Assembly: GCA_963750995.1 (NCBI GenBank)
Contig: CAVVST010000003.1
Coordinates: 217,018-281,017, forward strand
Source of the DNA: an uncultured Acidobacteriota bacterium
GTDB taxonomy: Bacteria; Acidobacteriota; Vicinamibacteria; Vicinamibacterales; UBA2999
Length of the DNA stretch: 64,000 nucleotides
Reading direction: 5' to 3'
Made by a program: the position numbers and the translations under genes. The stretch's first letter is position 1. Every line of letters begins with the position of its first letter. The notes below the pieces were generated by a model that saw only the letters and a list, made by a program, of their open reading frames with translations, was not told the DNA's origin and searched no databases. Positions 35,434-43,700 of the stretch are shown piece after piece.

Positions 35434-35580
35434 TCACTCCTCCCGCCAGATGATTGCCTCGATCACGTCCGTCTTGGCATTCGCATAGTCGTTCACGGCC
35501 GCCCATTCACGTCTGGTCAGTTCTCGCTTGGTCTGCTCGTAGAGACGCTTATCTTCCGATGCCCAATCGCTGCCCGGTTC
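35434..35580 (-). pseudogene. GrpB-family C-terminal remnant
   Basis: ...DKRLYEQTKRELTRREWAAVNDYANAKTDVIEAIIWREE* resembles the C-terminal ~45 aa of GrpB-family proteins. No N-terminal domain is present upstream. Confidence 0.3.
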
Positions 35581-35611
35581 GTGGACAAACGGTGGACAAG
35601 AAGATGACCGA

Positions 35612-35671
35612 CGGAACTCGATCACCGTATCGCCGGCGGGCGAGGAGAACGACCGGCGCGACGTGATGATC
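35612..35671 (-). repeat. ectopic 60-bp exact copy of an internal segment of lipocalin-like gene 23629-24126
   Basis: Identical to 23729-23788. Here it is non-coding, lying between the GrpB remnant and the aldolase upstream region. Confidence 0.9.
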
Positions 35672-35682
35672 TCCGAGAAATC

Positions 35683-35712
35683 TGGACTTGCGGAGAAGAG
35701 GTTGGGTATAAA
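35683..35712 (+). promoter_or_regulatory. conserved upstream element / promoter candidate of the aldolase gene
   Basis: gagaAatctggacttgcggagaag...ataaaggtgc...acaggagaaca is conserved with 42256-42311, upstream of the decayed copy. A possible reading is TGGACT-N18-TATAAA. Confidence 0.25.
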
Positions 35713-35745
35713 GGTGCCGGCCGAGCGCCCGACAGGAGAACATCA

Positions 35746-36700
35746 ATGACAAAGACGATGCAACTGAGGCTGATGAGTGGTGTGATAGCCCTCGTGGTCG
35801 GGGCAGGTACCTTGTGGGGACAGGGCAACCCCACGACCGGTGGCCCCCTGGATCCGCTGCTGCTGGAAGATCTCGCCCTGATCGTACCGCATCCTCACCG
35901 ACCATGACGTCATGGACGGCCTCGGACACTCGAGCATCAGACACCCACAGAATCCGAACCGCTACTGGATCTCGCGCAATCGCGCGACCGGGTTGGTCAG
36001 ACCCGAGGATCTGATGGAGATGGACCTCGACTCGCGTCCGGTCGATCCGGACGCGCGGTCCTACAGCGAAGTGGCCATTCACGCGGAGATCTACAAGCTG
36101 CGACCCGACGTCCATGCGGTCATCCACCATCACGCGCCGGGCACGGTGTCGTGGGGCATGGGAAAAATCCCGATGATGCCGATGAACCAGAGCTCCCGCT
36201 GGATGCTCGACGGCGTGCCCTTCTTCGACTACCGCGACCTGAGTAAGCTGATTCCGGGCGACAAGGGCTGGGAGGACACGAACCTGATCGACACGCAAGC
36301 CCGCGGCACTGCCGTGGCCCGGGCGCTCGGTGCGAGCCCGGCGCTACTGCTGGTCAATCACGGCGCTGTGGTGGTCGGCGCCTCGATCTACGAGGCGGTC
36401 GGCCGCAGCATCTACATGGAAATCAACACCGGAGTGCAGACCGCCGCCATGCTGAGAGGCGGAGAGGTCACCTATTACGACGCCGCGGGTGAGCTGAGAG
36501 CGACCGGCGCGCGCAGCGACTTTGCGCGCCAGTGGGACCTCTGGAAGGCCGAGTCATGCGCCAAGGCCGGCTTCTGCAAGCCCGAGCTCGAGGCCGGGCG
36601 TGGAGCCGGCGGGCGTGGCGGACGTGCCGGCGGCGCGGGGGGACGCGGCGGCGGCGGAGGTGGACGCGGACGCGGCGGACGCGGAGCCCCTCCCGAATAA
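35746..36700 (+). pseudogene. class II aldolase/adducin-family protein with signal-like N-terminus and RGG-rich tail; single frameshift
   Basis: AGGAGA Shine-Dalgarno sequence. ATG 35746: MTKTMQLRLMSGVIALVVGAGTLWGQ... runs to a stop at 35905. ORF 35912-36700 carries GLGHSSIRHP...EVAIHAEIYKLRPDVHAVIHHHAP. Removing the A at 35881 (ctgAtcgtacc; the decayed copy has ctgtcgtacc) joins them. Confidence 0.75.
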
Positions 36701-36758
36701 TATGCCGTCGCCCGCGCCGGGAGCGCGCTTCACACAAGGCGGGCTCCTCAGCGCGTCT

Positions 36759-37190
36759 CTAATGCAGCAGCGGAATAGTAGAAACGTCCGGCGGCTTGGG
36801 CACCGTCTGCAAGAACGCATAGATATCCGCCAATTGCTGGTCGGACAGCACTTTCGCGGTGTACGGCGGCATTGAATTGACGGGGACGCGGGCTCGCTGC
36901 ACGAACACCTTGAACGCCAGCATGCCCGGGTTCGGTGCGAGTCGCGGCCCGGGACCGCCACCCTGGCCCTCACCGTTGTGGCATAGCTCACAGCCGGCAC
37001 TGACGTAGAGTCGCTTGCCGTTTTCGACGTTCCCGGCGGGCGCCGCGGGTGTGGGCGTCTGTTCCGCCGGTTTGTCCTGCGCCAGCGCAGAGGGGTGTCC
37101 GAGGATCGAGGCCCCGACGGCTGCGGCCAGCGCCAGGGACCACGCTGCGCCCAGCGCGCCGGTCTGCCGCCGGAAACGTTCGGTCGTCAT
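36759..37190 (-). CDS. monohaem class I c-type cytochrome (exported)
   Basis: Signal ...AAWSLALAAAVGASILGHPSALAQ. CELCH haem site, with a distal Met candidate in SMPPYT. The start is 21 nt after the ThDP3 stop. Confidence 0.8.
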   Translation of the reverse strand: MTTERFRRQTGALGAAWSLALAAAVGASILGHPSALAQDKPAEQTPTPAAPAGNVENGKRLYVSAGCELCHNGEGQGGGPGPRLAPNPGMLAFKVFVQRARVPVNSMPPYTAKVLSDQQLADIYAFLQTVPKPPDVSTIPLLH

Positions 37191-37211
37191 GAGAACCTCC
37201 TTCGGCTGCCT

Positions 37212-39119
37212 TCAGCGAGGCTGCGTCACCACATCCAGCAACGCGGGTTCACCCTTCTTTACGACGGCAATCGCCCGCCGAAGCGCGGGTCCGAGGTCGT
37301 TGGGGTTGGTGATCGGCCCCTCGGCGTACAGGCCCATGCTCTGGCCCATCTTGGCGTAATCGATGTTCGGCTCCGTGATTGCGGTCCCGATGCCGGCCCG
37401 GTCGAAAATGCCACGCTCGCGCCGGTTGCCCATGCTCTGGATGTGCATCACCTCCTGGTGATAGGCGCGGTTGTTGTGCATGACGGAGAGCAACGGAATG
37501 CGGTGATGCGCGGCCGTCCACAGCGCACCGGGCGCGTACATCAGGTCTCCGTCTTTCTGGAAGTTCACGTAGAGTCGTCCGTGCTTCCGATGCGCCAGGG
37601 CAGCCCCCACGGCGGCGGGTAACCTGCCGCCGGAGCCCTGCGCGCTCCGGAAGTGATCGTACCGGTAGTATTTGTCGTAATCCCACTGAAAATTTGCGAG
37701 CTCGCGTCCTCCGGCCCAGTCCTCGTTCTTCACCTGCGCCCACACCTCGGCCGCGATGCGCGCCAGGCTGATGGGACTGGAATTCCACCCGTACGTCGCC
37801 TCCACCCGCTCGCGCTCGATGGCCTTCTGCCTCGCCTCGGCCAGCATCCTGCCCCGGTTCTGAAACGCCGTCCTGTGATTGGAGGTCAGCAGGCGATTGA
37901 CCGCCTCGGTCAATACAGGCAGCGTCGCCTCCGCGTCGGCGGTGATGGATAGATCGAACTCTTGATAGCGCTGGAAATCCTGGTAGTTGGTTCGCAGCGG
38001 AGACTCGGCGATGCTGATGTTGAGCACCTTCACGCCGGGCCTGGTGACAGACCGTGTGGTGCGCTCCTGCTGGTCGCGAACAGTGTGCAGCATGCCCCAG
38101 AAATCCTCGACCTCGAGGCCCAGGATCACATCCGCGTCGCGCAGCGCCGCCCGGCTCGTTATGAGGGGATGGCGTGACGGCAGATTGCTCTCTTGATCCA
38201 CCACCGGCACCTGCAGCGCCTCGACAAATGTAATGAGGCGCTCCATGCCCTCCTGGCTGCGCGTGGCGCCCCCGGCGATGACCACCGGGTTCTCCGCGGT
38301 TACGAGCAGACGGGCCACTTCCGCCACCGACCCGGCATCCCCCCAGGGAGGCGCATCGAGCGCCAGCTTCGGGATGCGCAGGTTCGCATCCTTGGGAACC
38401 GGCCGTTCCTGCAGTTCGCTGTCCGCCACCAATACGACTGGCTCCCGCGGCAGCGCCATGGAGATCTTGTACGCGCGCACCGCGGACTCCGCGAAATGAG
38501 GCAGGGACACCGGGTTGTCGTCCCACTTGGTGAAATCGCGGACGATCGCCGCGGCGTCCTGCGCGCTGTGCCTCCACTCCACTCCAGGCCGCCGCATCGT
38601 CGCATCCAGGGTGTTGCCGAGCACCAGGAAGACCGGTACGCGGCCCACCCAGGCGTTGTAAATGTTCATCGCGGCGTGTTGAAGGCCCACGGTGCTGTGG
38701 GCCATCACCAGCATGGGCTTTCCTTCGACGTTGGCGTAGCCATGCGCGATGCCGACCGACGACTCTTCGTGACAGCACGTCAGCAGCTCCGGCGATCGGT
38801 TGCCGCCGTAGTTGATCAACGACTCGTGCAGTGAGCGGAAGCTCGATCCGGGGTTGGCGGCCGCGTACTCGAAGCCCAGCGACTTCAGCACATCCACCAT
38901 GAAATCGGATCCCGGGCGGTCCGTCGTCAACACCTGGACCTGGCCGACGGGATCACCTTCGGCCGGTCCCGGCCCCAGCTTGGGAGCCGGAGGAGCCGCC
39001 ACTTGCGGTGCCGCGATCGCGCCTGTCCCCATGGCCAGCGTGCCGATACCGCCGGCTGCGGCGCCCTTCAGAAATCCACGACGACCCGGCAGATCAGTGT
39101 CTTTTCTGGAATTTGCCAT
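37212..39119 (-). CDS. Tat-exported thiamine-diphosphate-dependent enzyme, copy 3
   Basis: Start at the internal ATG 39119: MANSRKDTDLPGRRGFLKGAAAGGIGTLAMGTGAIAAPQ. CCHEESSVGIAHGYA; FQKDGDLMYA...LSVMHNN. Close paralogue of copy 2. Confidence 0.85.
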   Translation of the reverse strand: MANSRKDTDLPGRRGFLKGAAAGGIGTLAMGTGAIAAPQVAAPPAPKLGPGPAEGDPVGQVQVLTTDRPGSDFMVDVLKSLGFEYAAANPGSSFRSLHESLINYGGNRSPELLTCCHEESSVGIAHGYANVEGKPMLVMAHSTVGLQHAAMNIYNAWVGRVPVFLVLGNTLDATMRRPGVEWRHSAQDAAAIVRDFTKWDDNPVSLPHFAESAVRAYKISMALPREPVVLVADSELQERPVPKDANLRIPKLALDAPPWGDAGSVAEVARLLVTAENPVVIAGGATRSQEGMERLITFVEALQVPVVDQESNLPSRHPLITSRAALRDADVILGLEVEDFWGMLHTVRDQQERTTRSVTRPGVKVLNISIAESPLRTNYQDFQRYQEFDLSITADAEATLPVLTEAVNRLLTSNHRTAFQNRGRMLAEARQKAIERERVEATYGWNSSPISLARIAAEVWAQVKNEDWAGGRELANFQWDYDKYYRYDHFRSAQGSGGRLPAAVGAALAHRKHGRLYVNFQKDGDLMYAPGALWTAAHHRIPLLSVMHNNRAYHQEVMHIQSMGNRRERGIFDRAGIGTAITEPNIDYAKMGQSMGLYAEGPITNPNDLGPALRRAIAVVKKGEPALLDVVTQPR

Positions 39120-39136
39120 GATGGATAATCGGCGCC

Positions 39137-42128
39137 TCAGAAGTCGAACAGGACGCTGAACTTGACGAACCGGGCCATCAGAACCGCGGTGGGCCGCTGC
39201 CACGCGGGCCCGTAGGTGAAGTTCTGCGCCTGCACCGCGTTCGAGTTCAACACGTTGAAGATATCGGCGCTCACCGTCGTGCGGCTGCCGCCGAACCGAA
39301 GGATCTTCGCCAGGCGCAGGTCGACCTGGTTCGCCCGCTCCCCATACTGCGTCCCCGGCGCGAGGAGGTTCACCGTCACGTTGCGCGTGCCACCCGCGAG
39401 ATCGCGGCCCAGCGACGCTCGCACCTCGGCCGTCGTCGCCTGGTAGTTCGCCGCGATCTCCTGACGTGGGGTCCGCTCGCCCGGTGCCGGCTCGCTCCGA
39501 AGCGATCCGCTCACCTGCACGTCCGCGCGCGGGATCGTGTACACCCCGGAGAACTTGACCCTCGTGAGCCACGCTTCCGCGACATGGCAGTACAACGGGC
39601 TCGGATTACCCAGCAGCGGCCGGATCTGGCAGTCGTCCCTGACGGCCCTCCCAGGTACTGGTACCGCCCTGCAGCAGCACGCCCGCCCTGGGGCGCGCGT
39701 TGAGGGTGACATCGACGCCGTGCCAGTACTCGGTTTTCTTCCCGATGTTGGACGCGCGCGTGATGAAGTTGTCCACCTGGCCGAACTTTTCCGGCTTGAT
39801 GTCGAACAGGCCGTCAATCACGAAGCCGCCGCCGCCCGGCAGCCGCGGGTCCACCGGCGCCGTGATGCTGAACGGATCGTAGTCGGCCGCGGTCGTCGCC
39901 CGGTTCTGCGTGACGACGAGGTTACGGTACATCCGGCGGTTGTAGTTGACCTCCGCTGACACTCGCGGCAGCAGCTCGTGCTGCACGCCCGCCATGAACC
40001 CCCAGGTATACTCGCGCCGCCCCCACCCACGCAGCATATCGGGGTCGTTGAGGGACACGACGCCCCCGCGCCCCACCACGGCACCGGGCGCCACATCGGC
40101 GACCGCCCCGAACCCGGCGTTCGCCATGGCCCCGCACTCACCGTTCGCGCGCGGGTTGAGGAGGTCGCACTCAGGGACGAAATTGCGATTCGCGTCGGTC
40201 CAGGACCGCGTGGTCTCCGTGGCGAGATTTCTGATGGGGTTGACCGCGTCAAGTTTGATCCCCCCGATGCTGTCCGGATACCTGCCGAACGTCGACTTGA
40301 TGGCGGTCTTTCCCGTCCCAAACAGGTCGTAGGAGATCCCCATCCGAGGCGAGATGTCGTGATAGTTCATCACCCCGCGGGTCTCAGGGAACGTGAGGTT
40401 TCGTGTGGGCGCCAGCAGCGCAGGCCCGGCGTGCTGCTCGGGGAAGCCAGCCAGGAAACGATCGTACCGCAGGCCATAGTTCAGCGTCGCGCGTTGGAGG
40501 GTCCACTGATGATGGGCGAACACCCCCATGTCATGCTGCATCTCGTACTCGGAGGTCAACGGCAGCGACCGCTGGGTGAGTTGATTGGGCACGCCTCCGC
40601 TGAACCGGAACTCAAGCGGGTTGAGGTCGAAAGAGCGCTCACTCACGTAGCCGAACCTGTCGGTGATGCCCGCCTTGAATGTGTGGGCTCCGAGGATGTA
40701 CGACGCCACGCCCCGTAAGCCGATCGATTCTGTCGCCTCAAACGCATAATCGGCCGCGGTGGGCGCACGGTAGGACAACCCGATCGATTGTTCCACGACG
40801 CCAATCATGGCCGGGTTCAGCTCTCCATAGGGCGCCACTTCACGGCCCGTCTTGACGAGAGATGCGTTTGCCTCGATCAGGAAGCGAGTCGTCGCCGGGA
40901 CGGTCCAATCGGCGACCACGGTTCGCCGCGGGGCGTACACTCGCCTTTCTGAGGCTTCGAAGGCGATGGCCGTACTGGCGTTGTTCGGGGTGTGGGCGGC
41001 GGTCGCCTCCATCCACGTCAGCCCGATCTTGTGCCGCGGTGTCGCCTGCCATGTCAGGCGGGCCTGCCCGTCTTTTTGCCACTGGGTATTGGTGACGGGC
41101 CGACTGACGTCGGGGTCGTATGTCCAGACGGCAGGATTGTTGAAGTTGCGGTCCTCGAACACGCCGCCCGCAAACATCGACCCGGACCTGTTCTGATACG
41201 CGCCAAAGAACCAGAGCCGGTCGCGCAGCACGGGGCCGCCGAGCCCCACATTGAGGTTCCAGTTGCTATCGACGGCATCGGGCGTGGGCAGCCCACGATC
41301 CTTCAGATCCTGCGTCAGATTGCTGCCCTGCATCGCGCTGTTCGCGCCGGTGGCGAAGAACGTGCCGTTGAAGCGGTTGCCGCCCTCCCGCGGAATGCGA
41401 TGGAGCCGCACGCCACCCACCATGCTTTCAGTGTCGCCCGCCGCGATGTCCACGACGACTTCCTCGGTGGCGGCCTGGTTCATCAAGATGCCAAAAGCAC
41501 TGCCGGATCCGTTGAGCATGCTGATCTCCGCACCGGCGATGGTGTGGCGCGCCTCCGTCGATCGGCCCTCGTGCATCCGTACAGAGGGGTTTGCCGGTCT
41601 CCCCCCGGCGCCGCCCACGTCGTGCCCGCCGCTGTTCACGGCCCCGGGGATGAGGGAGGCCGCGTCGTACTCCGACCGGCCGGTCGGAATGAGTTGGAGC
41701 ACCTCGCGGTTCAGCACCTGCTGCCGCGTGGCGCTCTGCACGTCCACGACCGGCGTTTCGCCCGTCACGGTAATCGTTTCGTCGAGCGACCCCACGCGCA
41801 GGTCGGCGTTCACCGTCGCCACGAACGAGCCCGTCAGCTCAATCCCCTCGCGCTTCACGACGGCGAACCCGGGCAGTGTGAATCTCACGCCGTAGACACC
41901 GGGTGCCAGCTCCACGATGCGGTACTGGCCATTCCCATCGGTCACGACCGTCCTGACGCCTTCAATCAGCGCCGGACTCGACGCCTCGACCGTGACACCA
42001 GGCAGCACCGCGCCCGAGGTGTCCCTCACGACTCCCGTAATGGACGCCTGGGCGTACGCCGCCGCCGGAACGACCGCCAGCCATGTGAGCACCATGAACG
42101 CGAGTCGTAGATATGGACGTAGACTCAC
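39137..42128 (-). pseudogene. TonB-dependent receptor, single frameshift near the 3' end (TBDR4)
   Basis: GTG at 42128 after GAGGAGG. ASITGVVRDTSGAVLPGVTVEASSPALIEG.... ORFs 39606-42158 and 39137-39817 join if plus-strand A 39653 is removed (QGGTSTGRAVRDDCQI...). It ends ...MARFVKFSVLFDF. Confidence 0.85.
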
Positions 42129-42313
42129 CCTGACCTCCTCGCACCAGTTAAACGGCAACGTACGACGGGCATCTTACGCCCGTCGTCGACCAAGTCAACC
42201 AGAAGTTCAATAGAAGTTCGGCCTTCCCCTTCGCCCCATGCCACGACAGCGTCCTGAGAATCTGGACTTGCGGAGAAGGCGTGGAATAAAGGTGCGCTCA
42301 ACAGGAGAACACG

Positions 42314-42828
42314 ATGACCAAGACGATGCGAGTGAGGTTGGTGAGCGCCGTGATCGGGGAACCCTACGACCGCAGGTCCGGTGGATCCGCTGCTGCTCCA
42401 AGATCTCGCCCTGTCGTACCGCATCCTGACTGACCGCGGCGTCATGGATGGCCTCGGGCACGGGAGCATCAGACACCCGGCGAATCCGACGCACTACGTC
42501 ATTTCGCGTAACCGGGCGACCGGATTGGTCTCACCCGGCGATCTCATCGAGATGGACCTCGACTCGCGCCCCGTCGATCCGAACGCGAGGTTGTACGGCG
42601 AAGTGGCCATACACGCGGAACACCTACTATGACGCCGCGGGTGAACTGAGAGCGACCGGTGCGCGCAGCGACTTTGCGCGCCAGTGGGACCTCTGGAAAT
42701 ACGAGTCGTGCCTGAAGGCCGGGTTCTGCAAGCCGGAGCTCGAGGCCGGGCGTGGAGCTGGCGGGCGCGGCGGACGTGCCGGTGTCGCGGGAGGACGCGG
42801 CGGCGGACGCGGCGCAGCACCCGAATAA
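42314..42828 (+). pseudogene. decayed copy of the class II aldolase gene (internal ~380-bp deletion plus frame breaks)
   Basis: Shares the upstream element and start (MTKTMRVRLVS) with 35746-36700. The pieces lie in three frames: DPLLLQDLALSYRILTDRGVMDGLGHGSIRHP...EVAIHAE is joined directly to YYDAAGELRATGARSDFARQWDLW...GRGGRAG... The catalytic core is missing. Confidence 0.8.
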
Positions 42829-42889
42829 GCCGTCCACGGGAAGCCCACCTCACCCGAGGCGGGCTTCGTTCTCCATCCGGGCTCGCGCG

Positions 42890-43393
42890 CTATTTTTTCA
42901 GACCGCTATTTCGGTCGTACGCGGCGCTTGCGGCCTGGGATTCGCCGTCCTGGGTCACGGTCTTCTTCACCGTGAGGACGTTGCCGCTGACGACCCAGGT
43001 TTCCCTGAACTCCGCGACCGTGTCGCCGGCAGGCGAAGGAAACGAGCGGCGCGACGTGATGACGAGCGCCGCGCCCTCGAACCTGGCTTCTCCTGTCTCC
43101 GTGATTCCGGCCGGCGCTTCCACGCTCACCTTGCTCCCATCGAGCCTGTAGACCGCCGCGAATGGCGCCTGCCGCACGCTACGTCGCGTGACCGACAGCT
43201 CGGTCGGCGACTGCGCGACGACCATTTCGCTCGGGAACGGAACGTCAATCCCACCTCCACCGACCGGTGACTCGCTGAGGTCGTAGTTGAGCCGCCAGGT
43301 ACCGGACAGGTCGGGTCTCGCCTGGGCGAAGGTGCCTGGAGAGGCTGCCAGGACGAGAATGATCGAGGCGGCGAACGCCATCGGTCTACGCAT
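42890..43393 (-). CDS. secreted lipocalin-like beta-barrel protein
   Basis: AGGAGA Shine-Dalgarno sequence. MRRPMAFAASIILVLAASPGTFAQARPDLSGTWRLNYDLS.... Full-length paralogue of 23629-24126. Confidence 0.7.
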   Translation of the reverse strand: MRRPMAFAASIILVLAASPGTFAQARPDLSGTWRLNYDLSESPVGGGGIDVPFPSEMVVAQSPTELSVTRRSVRQAPFAAVYRLDGSKVSVEAPAGITETGEARFEGAALVITSRRSFPSPAGDTVAEFRETWVVSGNVLTVKKTVTQDGESQAASAAYDRNSGLKK

Positions 43394-43474
43394 GTTGTTC
43401 TCCTGTATCCGGCCCGAACCCGGGCTGATTTCCGCGTCTGCCGCACCCGCGGACCACGTTGACATTCCCACTGA

Positions 43475-43591
43475 TTCGGACGTAACTATAGCGCCGCCGA
43501 ACCGGGCGAAATTCTCAGCAGGGCGACGAAGCGGGGAAACCACATGATGCTCGCGCGCTTCTTCAAGTTCAGCATGCAGTTTGATTTCTAG
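43475..43591 (+). pseudogene. TonB-dependent receptor C-terminal stub
   Basis: The frame reads FGRNYSAAEPGEIL[SRATKRGNHMM]LARFFKFSMQFDF*, matching the last ~30 residues of TBDR1-4 (..YGxWQxPxEILVARFxKFSVQFDF). There is a stop codon immediately upstream. Confidence 0.6.
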
Positions 43592-43700
43592 AAAGTAGAA
43601 GGAGGGTGGCGGGAAAAGCATGGCCTTTCCCCCCGTTCGATGCGGTGTTACGGCGAAGCCGTCGATGGCCTGTGCGGAAGAGACGAAGGAGTAAGGTGTT

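Noticed and set aside
36522-36875. ORFs overlapping the aldolase RGG tail (36522-36875, 36532-36762, 36468-36737)
   Set aside because: They are alternate frames of a GGC/CGG-rich low-complexity tract. The aldolase frame is supported by the homologous tail in the decayed copy.
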